A stretch of DNA of 64,000 nt from sequence record PZ452611.1, one strand, 5' to 3'. The position numbers and the translations under genes are program-made. The DNA is from a phage. Every line of letters starts with the position of its first letter. The first letter of the stretch is position 1. The notes under the pieces are model-generated. The model ran no database searches. It was not told the origin of the DNA and was given only the letters and a program-made list of their open reading frames with translations. Shown here one piece after another: positions 26,512 to 36,119 of the stretch.

Positions 26512-27953
26512 TCACCATTATGTCATATTGTGTCAGACAAGTTTTTCTCCTCTTTGTCAAGTGCTGCATGAAAAATTTACAATCTGGTATGGTAGCATTT
26601 TTGCGGCCCTGTTTACATTCAGTACTGTATGTATAAGCCTTGTTGTGTGGGCGCTTAGACGTCTAGACGGTTGGAAGTCTGCAGGTCAATATCTAATCTA
26701 TTGGTTGCTAACTATATCCCACACAAATAGTAAGAAATGCAATTGTTATATGCGTAAACTGTAACTCATGTTATCAATCCCTGTATGGATCGCCAGTGGT
26801 GCGCATAATAGGTATTATGTTAAATTGCCAGTAATGATAACTATTCTCACAGTGATAGGTATTCTCATTCAACCCCACAAGATAGGTTGCAAATGTTGTG
26901 CCACTGTGTGAACGGCCTCGCCTATTAATTTGCCTCACTGCCTCGATATTTGAGAATTATTATAAGAATGAGAAGTATTCCCATTTCGTCCGCCTGGCAG
27001 CACTCCTGTAGGTCAGGTCAAAATCGGGAGAGAACTGGACCTGTTCAGATATTTCTGGCTGGCTCTTCAGGTCTGTGTGGGAAAAGCCGACCCCTCCGGC
27101 GGCGGGGAGGGGGTCAATTAAAAAATTTACGGGGCATATGAAGCGCTCTTCAGGTAAGGCATGTATTATGGGATGAAACCCTCTTCAGGAAATGATATTT
27201 GTGGGTGTGATATTTGCTGGAAAGCTAGATATGACTGGACTCCTGGCGGGGCAGGGGTAGTACAGACAGGGGAAATATGGGGGATGTAGTTGGGTAAATT
27301 GATCAGGCAGGTAGAGTATGGAATATGTTACGAGTATGTTAAATATGGAGGGTGAATATCTGCAGGATTTGTGTGTAAAATCAAAGACTTAAGTGGTGTT
27401 GTGGTATTTTCTATAAATAATTCAAGTTTAATAGGTGATATTTGTCCCTATCCACTTTGTGTGGTAAACAGATTCAGATGAGATTGGTTTACGAGTGTAT
27501 ACATAATATACAAATTAAAGATACAAGAAACCCCCCTCCCCCTTCGGCTACCATTCACCTTTTCCTCTGACTGGTACTTAAACACTTATTCAGACTCTTC
27601 AGGTTATCACCCATATATCATATGGCAGTGACTGGTGTCCTCCGGCCCCTCTTTCGTCACCCGTCCGCTTCGCCATGCTAATGCCATAGCCAATGGTTCG
27701 GTTGTTCACCCTGTTCACTCAGGTGTATCTCCATACCCCTTCAAACCGAAGAGAACAGAAAACCCGAATTACTCGGTAAAAGAAAAGAGAAGAACTTAAT
27801 TTTATCAGGATAAGCAAGAATGTCAAGGCATGACTGCTCACTAAACAAGCAAACAGTCATGTGTGGGAGGTAAGTGATTGTGGTGGTAGGAAATTTAGTT
27901 GAAAGATGTGTTATAGGTGCTCCCAGCACTTTAGCCGGGTAGCTAATTGTGTG

Positions 27954-28169
27954 TCAGTCCAGCGGTTCATCCTCTACTTCACTGAAATCAATGTTCATGG
28001 TCTCTTCCCAACCATCGATCTCAGCACAAGAGTGAAGTTCTTTAGGGTTTACTCCCAAAGCCTCAGCAACAGAGTCTATATTTAACACCTCTGGCAGGTA
28101 TGATTCATCGAATTCAAGGTAAATCAGGCCACGAGTGTTGTCAGCCCCACCAAATATTTCTATCTTCAT
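27954..28169 (-). CDS. hypothetical protein
   Basis: ATG (MKIEIFGG) 5 nt after GAGGAG; track ORF trimmed. Confidence 0.4.
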   Translation of the reverse strand: MKIEIFGGADNTRGLIYLEFDESYLPEVLNIDSVAEALGVNPKELHSCAEIDGWEETMNIDFSEVEDEPLD

Positions 28170-28289
28170 GAAATCTCCTCTGGAAATGAGAGTGTGAACA
28201 GGGTTTATACGTTCCAATGCACTGGAATTATGCACGTTTGCCTCTTCAGGCCATGCTTTAGCATGAGGAACCTGTGTGGGCTCGGTGCT

Positions 28290-28595
28290 TCATAGTCTAC
28301 CACCCCTGAACTCTTCGTGCTCAGGCATAATAGAGAACCAGATATCTACGATGTCCTCCCACGTCAGGTCATCAGCCTCAGGATCTATCTGGAGCGAAGA
28401 TGGAGAATCTTCAGAATCGAAGTTTTCCTCTTTCGCTGGCTCAGCCAAGGGACATATAGTCACTCCTTTGGATGTCTCTTCAGATGCATGTGTGTTTATC
28501 ATGTTCCACCCGTGAGTATTCCTGCAACAGCTGCTATGGACGTAATGATCATCAGGATCACCACCAAAACTTCGGACAATGTTTTCATTGTGCAC
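28290..28595 (-). CDS. hypothetical protein
   Basis: ORF only; start uncertain. Confidence 0.35.
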   Translation of the reverse strand: MHNENIVRSFGGDPDDHYVHSSCCRNTHGWNMINTHASEETSKGVTICPLAEPAKEENFDSEDSPSSLQIDPEADDLTWEDIVDIWFSIMPEHEEFRGGRL

Positions 28596-28862
28596 TCCAT
28601 ATTCTCTAGACTATGTGTTGATACTATCACTGGAGCGGTAATGTGTCAACAGAAACGCCGCGAGGGTTTGGTTAAAATCCGAGCGTATGGTGATTTGGGT
28701 CAAAACGGACGTGCGTTCTCGCTACGCTCGAAAGAGAGATTTGTTTGTAGACCGTCCTTAAACGCTCTGTAACGAGATTATCTGTCCAAGGTATGCAATC
28801 GTGCACCAGATAAAGAAAAGGACGCCACAGAGCGTCCTAGGTGTCTTAAATTTGATATTTTG

Positions 28863-29174
28863 CTATACCCATGAGGGTTTATCAAGGTTGGAGTAGCTGA
28901 AAGGTGTCAAAAGGTGATTGTCAAAATCTCTCAAACTATCCAGATCTTTTTCCTCGTCCTGGCACCATCTGTGCCTACATTTATTGTTGTAGTGCATAGA
29001 ATGCATAGCGTTCTGCAACTTAACAGGTACAAGTGATTCAGGAGTAGATAGTATTGTTGGGTATGCCAGAACCACCTCAAACAGTGGAAACACATCGAAA
29101 CTAAAGTCTACCTCTGCAGAGGTTGATGGCATATAGGAGTATTTAGCCGCCTTTGTAGACATAATCCACCTCAC
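28863..29174 (-). CDS. hypothetical protein
   Basis: ORF; coupled to upstream gene. Confidence 0.4.
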   Translation of the reverse strand: MRWIMSTKAAKYSYMPSTSAEVDFSFDVFPLFEVVLAYPTILSTPESLVPVKLQNAMHSMHYNNKCRHRWCQDEEKDLDSLRDFDNHLLTPFSYSNLDKPSWV

Positions 29175-29503
29175 ACAGGTTTGATAATACCTTTACCGAA
29201 TAACTCTTCGTATCTAATCCTATCCGGATCCCACTCCTGGATAATTTCGAAGACAATATCCAACCCTGGGATGATCACTTCTCCAGTGTCAAGCTTAGCA
29301 AGAACAAAACCGGAAGGTTGAATGGTTTCCCAGTTACGGCGATCAGAGTAGAGTACTTCGAAAATATCACCAACCTCAACCCGTTTCTGTTGCTCAAGAT
29401 GCTCCAGGTTCTCTTTCATGCGGATGCAGCGGATTTTTCGTGCAGGCCATAGACCGCCTGCATCACGTTCATTTAGCTCTTTTACAGTAATCGGTATACC
29501 CAT
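29171..29503 (-). CDS. hypothetical protein
   Basis: RBS GAAGGAG; preceded by terminator hairpin. Confidence 0.45.
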   Translation of the reverse strand: MGIPITVKELNERDAGGLWPARKIRCIRMKENLEHLEQQKRVEVGDIFEVLYSDRRNWETIQPSGFVLAKLDTGEVIIPGLDIVFEIIQEWDPDRIRYEELFGKGIIKPV

Positions 29504-29523
29504 CCCAAATCTCCTTCATAGAT

Positions 29524-29552
29524 AGTAAAAAGAGGGGCCCAAGCCCCCCTCT
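29524..29552 (-). terminator. rho-independent terminator (minus strand)
   Basis: AGAGGGG/CCCCTCT stem; T-run on minus strand. Confidence 0.5.
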
Positions 29553-29558
29553 TTGTCA

Positions 29559-29864
29559 TTATTCTACAGAGCGTTTGAACAGAATGTCTGCCTCGGACAT
29601 GTGCTCAACCTCTTCTTCGATTTTAGCTCGACGTTTTTCAGCCTCATAGCGAATATCGAACTCAGTAGCCACCAGAGATTTGATGAATTTAGGAGAATAC
29701 AGATGATCCTGCTTCTCAACGAGAATGATATCCTTAATGGCATCTTTCAGATCTTTAATCTGAAGTTGGAGTTCCACCAGTTCTTCGATTGTTTTGCGAA
29801 GGCGATCACGCTCTGCAGTGTCAGAAGGAAGAGAGGTGAACAGTTCAACTTTAGATTTAGCCAT
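29559..29864 (-). CDS. coiled-coil protein
   Basis: charged helical sequence; terminator downstream. Confidence 0.45.
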   Translation of the reverse strand: MAKSKVELFTSLPSDTAERDRLRKTIEELVELQLQIKDLKDAIKDIILVEKQDHLYSPKFIKSLVATEFDIRYEAEKRRAKIEEEVEHMSEADILFKRSVE

Positions 29865-29892
29865 AGTAAGAGTCTCCTTATGTTGTTTTAAA

Positions 29893-30144
29893 TTAACGTT
29901 CTACAAAAATACCGTTCAGTTCAATAACCAGGAATTTCTGGTCTTCACTATCGTCTCGTGCCAGCACCTCACAGACGTATCGGTCATCTCCATCATCATC
30001 GCAGTCAAATACAAGACTGAGAACTTTATCATGATAAACCTTCGCCACTACCGCCTCGTAAGTATTGCCGATTGTGAATCCAAGATAATCTCCAATGCAT
30101 TTGACAACAACATGATCGCCAGCATTCAAGTCAATCTTCGTCAT
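29893..30144 (-). CDS. hypothetical protein
   Basis: ATG (MTKIDL) 7 nt after AAGGAG; track ORF trimmed. Confidence 0.4.
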   Translation of the reverse strand: MTKIDLNAGDHVVVKCIGDYLGFTIGNTYEAVVAKVYHDKVLSLVFDCDDDGDDRYVCEVLARDDSEDQKFLVIELNGIFVER

Positions 30145-30299
30145 TACTGCGCTCCTTGGGTAATAATATTGTATGTAAAACTTTAACCAGAGATGTGAAT
30201 AACGCCCCAAAACACACCGATAGCGCTAAAACAGACAAGGCCATCATTAAAGCTTCAGTAAAATCAGTCACTCCTCACCTCTTGTTAGTCACTATACTG

Positions 30300-30563
30300 T
30301 CATTTATCCTTGCCGTCAAGAACTTTTTTAAATCTTTCAGGGATATCGCCTGTTCTTAGATAGCTCATGACCTCACAAGGTTCCCACTTGAATTTCTTAC
30401 AAAGCAGGGCGGCTGAGATTGTTTCATTGCGAAAAGAAAGGATATTAATATCCCATTCTGAGAACCCCAACTTCCGAAGGGTAGCTACAGAAATCCTCAC
30501 CGCAACCCAGCAGCAAAAACATGCAACAAACGCCACTGCTATAACCCACATCAGGATGTTCAT
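30300..30563 (-). CDS. membrane protein
   Basis: N-terminal TM helix. Confidence 0.4.
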   Translation of the reverse strand: MNILMWVIAVAFVACFCCWVAVRISVATLRKLGFSEWDINILSFRNETISAALLCKKFKWEPCEVMSYLRTGDIPERFKKVLDGKDK

Positions 30564-30652
30564 ATAAGCACCTTACTGAAATACAAGACACAGTGTTAAG
30601 GTTACTGACCAGCAAATAATTAATAGTGCCGTTGCAACCTTGGCAAGATTTA

Positions 30653-30940
30653 TCATAGTGCCTCTAAGATTTCATATCCTTCTGGTCGGAATACAAGCCA
30701 CTCCGTGGCTCCGTTTGGTCGATACGCTTTATACAGAACAACCTGATCTCGGCACATGCACATGGCTACATAGTTTTCATCCACACCTGCAGCCTGCATT
30801 GCATCTTCTTCTCCGGCAACTGCTTTGCTTACAACTTCCTTGGTAGGCAGGTGTGCGATCAGCTCGTCACCATCATTAATTCCAAAATGGCGGAGTTCTC
30901 CATTGGTATCTTTAATCTTAATCTTAACCAGATCTTTCAT
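30653..30940 (-). CDS. hypothetical protein
   Basis: ORF in tightly packed array. Confidence 0.4.
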   Translation of the reverse strand: MKDLVKIKIKDTNGELRHFGINDGDELIAHLPTKEVVSKAVAGEEDAMQAAGVDENYVAMCMCRDQVVLYKAYRPNGATEWLVFRPEGYEILEAL

Positions 30941-31269
30941 TAGTCTTCCTCCAGGTTCAAAGGCCCTAAGATTTCATATGCCAGATTAGAAGTTACCAGA
31001 GGGTCTTCTGCATCTTTAGTATTATACCACCCGTGGATAACTAGAGCTCCACCACGCTGCATGTCAAACTGGAACTGTTTTGCCATGTACTCATCAATCT
31101 CTAGGATTTCCATGAGGTATTTAATGTTTGGAAGATACGCAGTCACTACAGTTCCTTCCACCAATCCTTCAGGCCAACCCACGTCCGGATGACAATCTGG
31201 AACTAGAGTGGTCAGCTTAATGGTGTACGCTTTTTCTGCACGAGCCTTCAGTAACGGGTCAATCTTCAT
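30940..31269 (-). CDS. hypothetical protein
   Basis: ORF; start/stop overlaps. Confidence 0.4.
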   Translation of the reverse strand: MKIDPLLKARAEKAYTIKLTTLVPDCHPDVGWPEGLVEGTVVTAYLPNIKYLMEILEIDEYMAKQFQFDMQRGGALVIHGWYNTKDAEDPLVTSNLAYEILGPLNLEED

Positions 31270-31619
31270 TATTCGTCCTCCTCTTCGGTGCCTGCTTCCA
31301 GTAATAAGTTAAGAATATCTTCTGCACAAGGCTCATAGAACTCTTGACCTTCATTATCGATGATTTTGTAGTCATCCCCGCGAATAATCAGAGGATCACT
31401 CTCAAAATTATCGAGACCTTTAACAACGACAACACGATCGATTGCCATCATTGTAAGAACTTTATCGACATCTTCCTCTGCTACACCATACTGCAGTAGA
31501 ATGTCTTTGGTAGGAGGAACAGCATCTACCACAACACCGTTACCAAAACCTTCCGGCAAGTTAGCTAAAATATCTTCCGGAACCACACTAACATCAAAAC
31601 CAGTAATTTCTACTTTCAT
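31269..31619 (-). CDS. hypothetical acidic protein
   Basis: ORF; acidic. Confidence 0.4.
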   Translation of the reverse strand: MKVEITGFDVSVVPEDILANLPEGFGNGVVVDAVPPTKDILLQYGVAEEDVDKVLTMMAIDRVVVVKGLDNFESDPLIIRGDDYKIIDNEGQEFYEPCAEDILNLLLEAGTEEEDE

Positions 31620-31880
31620 TTACAGCACCTCTTCGTCAACTACTTCATAAAAATGGCCTGGGATTGCAATAGCGTTCTCACCTTCACCTACAAACACAGT
31701 TCCGTCAAGAATCAACATCATAAGAATTTCTGGAATATCCTCTTCCGGAACGTTGCCAAAACCTTTAATCAGTGTGTAGGTTGGAAGATTTACCTCTAAG
31801 ATGTCACCATCTTTAGAGCGGAAATCAACACCATCCTGAATCTCTGCCATTTCAAGGTTTTTCAGTTTAATCTTCATCAA
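31620..31880 (-). CDS. hypothetical protein
   Basis: ORF. Confidence 0.4.
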   Translation of the reverse strand: MMKIKLKNLEMAEIQDGVDFRSKDGDILEVNLPTYTLIKGFGNVPEEDIPEILMMLILDGTVFVGEGENAIAIPGHFYEVVDEEVL

Positions 31881-31956
31881 TCAGTCTCCCGTCTTGTTAA
31901 GATGAAGGTATTATTTCACACAGGGTTGGTGTTGTCAACACCTGTGTGCAAGAAAA

Positions 31957-32352
31957 TTACTGAAACAGTGCAGATAAATTACCTTCTGGTGGGAACTTAT
32001 CTGCCAAAAACGGTGTTAGCACAGTAGCCTTCTGAAGATCTGGGGTCCACTCGTTGTTCAGAACATCCCAGTAGTACGCAATGTTGCTGTGTGGGTGCCG
32101 CATTACGAACTTTTTCCCTTCGTAGTCATCTGAAACCTCTACAGAAGAAATAACAACAGAATCTTCAAGGGTTTCTTCATAGAAAGATCCGCCTTCAAAT
32201 TTCCAACGAGATGCAAGAGCCCCTGCCTTGAACGCTGCAGATAACGGACTGTCGGCAAGAACATACATTTCTTGCACTCTGTCGCTGCGATCTTTGCTTC
32301 TTACGTTGTACACAGTATCTGAGCTATACTCAACACGGTATAGGCTTACCAT
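31957..32352 (-). CDS. hypothetical protein (paralogue of 34159-34557)
   Basis: shares HP.S...YW....N.WTP......PL motif with 34159-34557. Confidence 0.45.
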   Translation of the reverse strand: MVSLYRVEYSSDTVYNVRSKDRSDRVQEMYVLADSPLSAAFKAGALASRWKFEGGSFYEETLEDSVVISSVEVSDDYEGKKFVMRHPHSNIAYYWDVLNNEWTPDLQKATVLTPFLADKFPPEGNLSALFQ

Positions 32353-32684
32353 TACCGCACCTCCTCAATAACTTCCACATCTGAACCCACCACAAATGCA
32401 AAAGGACAGGTTTCATGAAAGACATCCGGATCGCCGCCAAGCTTGCTAACAATTTCTCCACCACTAATAAACACAAGCTCACCGATATTCATCAGATTGC
32501 TGAAATAGTATCCATAATGATTAAAGAATGCAGCAGGGTCAGGTAGACTAGTAGCCTCAAGTTCTACATCGGTTGAGATTACTTTCTTATCATAACCTCT
32601 CGCCTTCTGAGATGCAAGATCTGCAGAATCTTCAGGCGACCGGAGATGCACAGGAATTGTTTCACCAATAAAGCGTACTTTCAT
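32352..32684 (-). CDS. hypothetical protein
   Basis: ATG (MKVRFIGE); track ORF trimmed. Confidence 0.35.
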   Translation of the reverse strand: MKVRFIGETIPVHLRSPEDSADLASQKARGYDKKVISTDVELEATSLPDPAAFFNHYGYYFSNLMNIGELVFISGGEIVSKLGGDPDVFHETCPFAFVVGSDVEVIEEVR

Positions 32685-32688
32685 ATTA

Positions 32689-32952
32689 TCACCCAACAAC
32701 CATAGCTTCAAAAGGGGTCATGAACGAATAAACGGCATCATCATCTGCTTCAGGGAATGCTCCCAAAGACTTCATGTCCGAGCCCTTGACAAATACAAGG
32801 TTTTGATCAAAAGCTTCTTGGGGGTCAATCCGATACATATTTCGTAGAATATCACCTACCTCTTCATCAAGAGGTGAGTATGCTGTGCACGTTTTTCCGA
32901 TCAAGCTTTGAGAATCAGGGTATCCACCTGAAGTTTTAAAATAAACAATCAT
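32689..32952 (-). CDS. hypothetical protein
   Basis: ORF. Confidence 0.35.
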   Translation of the reverse strand: MIVYFKTSGGYPDSQSLIGKTCTAYSPLDEEVGDILRNMYRIDPQEAFDQNLVFVKGSDMKSLGAFPEADDDAVYSFMTPFEAMVVG

Positions 32953-33043
32953 ATAGTATCACCTCTGGTAAGAGATTGGGATTCCTTTCCCACAAATAAT
33001 TACAAATCTTCCTTATCGAGGAAGTATGCTAATCCAAGCAGGA

Positions 33044-33313
33044 TTATTCCTCTACAATCTCATACACATCAGGAGTTACAATCAACTCTTCTCCGTTACC
33101 CGGTGCAACAAACACCACCAAACCTTCAGGTGTGTGCTTTTTAGCCATCTCGATAACATCTTCGCGCAGAGCTGGCTCCATCAGATCAAAACCTTCACCC
33201 AGGGCATCACGAACCACCTTCATATAGTCCACTGGTTGTGCTTCAACAATCATGCCTTCAACCAGTCCACAGTTTTTGTCTGCCAGCTCAGTTTTGAATA
33301 ATTTAATTTTCAT
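33044..33313 (-). CDS. hypothetical protein
   Basis: ORF. Confidence 0.4.
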   Translation of the reverse strand: MKIKLFKTELADKNCGLVEGMIVEAQPVDYMKVVRDALGEGFDLMEPALREDVIEMAKKHTPEGLVVFVAPGNGEELIVTPDVYEIVEE

Positions 33314-33450
33314 TTAGAGGTCTCCTCAATTATTTGATATTAATAGCCGTAACCTAACACATTAACTACAATTGCGATTGCAAACATAATTTCAAAGCAT
33401 GCAATCTCTACATTTGGGACTAATTTCTTAATCACACCCATTGTAGCACC

Positions 33451-33768
33451 TCATTCTCCAAAGTCAATCTTTACTTTGCCTTTCCCCTTACCTTTCTTTC
33501 CACCACATTTAGCCAGCTGACGTGCTGCAACATCTACCATACGGTCAGTTGCCTCGTAAGCATCACTGCCTTTAGCTTTGGCAATAACTTCTTTTCCAGA
33601 ATTGTCAAAAATGAACGCCATAACTTCCTGGTGATCATTTTCAACTTTTACACTCACACGTGCATAGTTGGCAGAGGGGTGCAAACGCTCCAGCTTAGAC
33701 ATTTTGTGGGAAATGAAAGACACCATACCTTCAGTGATTTCTACGTTGCCAGTGATTTCAATTTGCAT
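33451..33768 (-). CDS. hpf: ribosome hibernation promoting factor / RaiA (YfiA) family homologue
   Basis: MQIEITGNVEITEGM...KLERL...VKVEN...GKEVIAKAKGSDAYEATDRMVDVAARQLAK aligns along its length with E. coli HPF (MQLNITGNNVEITEA...KLEQY...KVEK...GGEIHASAEGQDMYAAIDGLIDKLARQLTK); own promoter 33816-33844 and 5'-UTR hairpin. Confidence 0.7.
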   Translation of the reverse strand: MQIEITGNVEITEGMVSFISHKMSKLERLHPSANYARVSVKVENDHQEVMAFIFDNSGKEVIAKAKGSDAYEATDRMVDVAARQLAKCGGKKGKGKGKVKIDFGE

Positions 33769-33815
33769 AACGTGTTCCTTTTAAAGAAGAGGGAACCAAA
33801 CCCTCTTTGAAAACA

Positions 33816-33844
33816 ATGATACTAAATCTGAAGCGTTGTGTCAA
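33816..33844 (-). promoter_or_regulatory. sigma70-like promoter upstream of hpf-like gene
   Basis: minus strand TTGACA-17-TATCAT, then hairpin AAAGAGGG...CCCTCTTT and RBS. Confidence 0.5.
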
Positions 33845-33850
33845 CAGTTT

Positions 33851-34141
33851 TTACAGCTTGTTGTCGATAGTTTTTAAAATATCTACAGCAAGATCTGCCA
33901 TTTTTCGAACATACTCTGCAAACTCAACAGGATCCTTGATCAAAGAATTCACAGGGTCGTACCCTAGAGCGTTCAAAATGGCTGCAGCATCTACAACCTT
34001 CTCATCATTTGCGAAGATCTCTCCGTCAAACTTGTAGGTCCATTTTGAGTCAACCTTAGCAGAGCAGGGTTTGTCCATGCTTGTTACACCATCGTCTTTA
34101 AACTCTCCTGCGTTATCAATATTCAGAACTAAATCCATCAT
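33851..34141 (-). CDS. hypothetical protein
   Basis: ORF. Confidence 0.4.
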   Translation of the reverse strand: MMDLVLNIDNAGEFKDDGVTSMDKPCSAKVDSKWTYKFDGEIFANDEKVVDAAAILNALGYDPVNSLIKDPVEFAEYVRKMADLAVDILKTIDNKL

Positions 34142-34158
34142 AGTGGTACCTCACTGTT

Positions 34159-34557
34159 TCAGTTTAGCTTTTCTTCAACAACCCCATAGCTTGGGACAGA
34201 ATCAAGAGCTTTCTGGTTTAAAAGTGGTGTAGCAGAATCTGCAAACGGTGTCCAAGTTTTTGTTCTGGAATTCCAGTAATGCTTCACTCTGGAATCTGGA
34301 TGCACTATAACAAAAACTTTTTCACTTGTCAACACATTAATTTCTTCTACACCCTTGCTGATAATTTCTCCGTCATAGCCCCCAGTCTGGTATCCTTCGT
34401 ACCAGGTTCTTGCATAGGCATAGCCAGCCTGCCAGCATGCAGCCTCCTCCGAGGTGGAGATTACGTAGAAGTCCTTCTCAAATTCCGGAATACGCCCTTG
34501 CTTTACGCTCCAAGCTCCGCGAATTTTCATTGTAACTTTGAACAGTTTATTTTTCAC
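34159..34557 (-). CDS. hypothetical protein (paralogue of 31957-32352)
   Basis: sequence similarity to 31957-32352. Confidence 0.45.
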   Translation of the reverse strand: MKNKLFKVTMKIRGAWSVKQGRIPEFEKDFYVISTSEEAACWQAGYAYARTWYEGYQTGGYDGEIISKGVEEINVLTSEKVFVIVHPDSRVKHYWNSRTKTWTPFADSATPLLNQKALDSVPSYGVVEEKLN

Positions 34558-34569
34558 AACGGTTACCCA

Positions 34570-34824
34570 TCACAGCTCTGCAATATCTGCATCTGACCCT
34601 ACCCCAAAGGCATAATAGGACTCTTCCCCGAAATAATATTCAGGTGCACCAGCGGTGATCAGGTCTGATCCTAAGATAAACACCACGTTGTGGCCTACAT
34701 AACTGTGATGTTGCCGCACAGGATCATCCCACGGCAACCCTTCAAAGTATACCGCAGGAACGACCTTTCCCTTCAGGAAGGATTGTCCCAAGTAGACGTT
34801 AGAATCAAGAATTTTAACCTTCAT
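34570..34824 (-). CDS. hypothetical protein (MKVK.LD family paralogue)
   Basis: MKVKILDSNVYLGQ...DLITAGAPE shared with 34814-35041 and 38469-38702. Confidence 0.45.
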   Translation of the reverse strand: MKVKILDSNVYLGQSFLKGKVVPAVYFEGLPWDDPVRQHHSYVGHNVVFILGSDLITAGAPEYYFGEESYYAFGVGSDADIAEL

Positions 34825-35041
34825 GATCGTCCTCCACTACCTCTACATCCTCGCCTAGGGCAAAGTTGTAGGTCCACTGACTGTCAAAGCAGTCCTGAGG
34901 TGCACCAGCGGCAATAAGATCTGCTCCTTTTATTTTTAAAAGGTCAGGGTAATCTTCGTTAGGGACAGCAGTAAACACTTTTCCTACTAAAGGCTCCTGA
35001 CCAATATAGAAGCTTGAATCTAAAACTTTAACTTTCATCAA
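34814..35041 (-). CDS. hypothetical protein (MKVK.LD family paralogue)
   Basis: MKVKVLDSSFYIGQ...DLIAAGAPQ. Confidence 0.45.
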   Translation of the reverse strand: MMKVKVLDSSFYIGQEPLVGKVFTAVPNEDYPDLLKIKGADLIAAGAPQDCFDSQWTYNFALGEDVEVVEDDHEG

Positions 35042-35325
35042 CGGTCTCCATCAGGTGGTTGTGGGACGTAAACACTGTTACGAATATCGTCCGCAGTATA
35101 GTAATAAGTGTCTCCAACCCTATCTCTGGCTGCAATGTACTCTGCTATGCCAATAAGTGCCATTGATTTGGTGGCGTATCTTCCCAACTCGTTAGCTCCC
35201 CAGTAGAATTTAGACCAATAGGGAATAAGACCGAACAAATATACCTTTTGACGAACTTCCCAGTAAGTGCCTTTCCCGACAAGTTTAAACTCGACTTCAC
35301 CACTGTTAATCTTTTTCATTATCAA
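35038..35325 (-). CDS. hypothetical protein
   Basis: ORF. Confidence 0.4.
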   Translation of the reverse strand: MIMKKINSGEVEFKLVGKGTYWEVRQKVYLFGLIPYWSKFYWGANELGRYATKSMALIGIAEYIAARDRVGDTYYYTADDIRNSVYVPQPPDGDR

Positions 35326-35618
35326 TCTCCCTCCACCGTGGTCGGATTGTCAGTAAGAAATTGAGCATTAGCTGGAGGCACACCTGACATTTTCCACACA
35401 ACCATAAGTTTGTAACCAGGCACTCTATTAAGTGCAGATCGAGTAGAGTTTGTGCACGTATATTTTCGCTTTCCAAACCCGTTCTCAAGCATGATCCAGT
35501 ATCCCGTGTCTTTATCACCTGGAATTGGTAATCCCTCATCGTCCACCCATTGAATGGACCATGGCACGATGGCTACAGCTTTATATTTAAACTTTTTAAA
35601 CCACTCAAAAAGTTTCAT
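35322..35618 (-). CDS. hypothetical protein
   Basis: ORF. Confidence 0.4.
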   Translation of the reverse strand: MKLFEWFKKFKYKAVAIVPWSIQWVDDEGLPIPGDKDTGYWIMLENGFGKRKYTCTNSTRSALNRVPGYKLMVVWKMSGVPPANAQFLTDNPTTVEGD

Positions 35619-35713
35619 AATTCAGCCTCGCATAGACATAATCACTATAAACAGGCAAACAATGAATCCGAATGCCACGCCACCCATAAACGTTAATATT
35701 GATGCAATCATAG

Positions 35714-35899
35714 TCAATCAGCCTCGCTTGGCAACTCTTCCACCTTAACATGCCGAAAAGTGTTACCGTAATGGTTGATCCATGACATCAGCTCACTTTC
35801 TTGCTCTTCCTCTGGGATGAACTCTCGAATACTGACAAGTTTTAAGAAAACCCAATCACAATCTGCACCCATTCTACCAGACAGACAATAGTGCTTCAT
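35714..35899 (-). CDS. hypothetical protein
   Basis: ORF. Confidence 0.3.
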   Translation of the reverse strand: MKHYCLSGRMGADCDWVFLKLVSIREFIPEEEQESELMSWINHYGNTFRHVKVEELPSEAD

Positions 35900-35918
35900 A
35901 AAAACCCTCCATCCTGGT

Positions 35919-36119
35919 TTAGAATACTGCCTCTTTTAATGATCCAAGGAGCAGCAGGTGTGAAATCTGATCCACATCCATGGTAGATTCAATCTCCTCT
36001 TTTTTGAAAGGTTCTCGGCAAAACAGTACTACATTTGGGTTTTCGCTACGCACTATATAATACAGATCGTTCAAATCATTCTCATAGTAGGTATTAAATT
36101 TAAGAATTTTGTCACTCAT
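35919..36119 (-). CDS. hypothetical protein
   Basis: ORF. Confidence 0.35.
   Translation of the reverse strand: MSDKILKFNTYYENDLNDLYYIVRSENPNVVLFCREPFKKEEIESTMDVDQISHLLLLGSLKEAVF

Noticed and set aside
26076-27141. ORFs 26076-26270, 26432-26764, 26950-27141 (and 27741-27929 minus) as genes
   Set aside because: No RBS, overlap repeat arrays or palindromes, and are isolated in a region of otherwise non-coding character.
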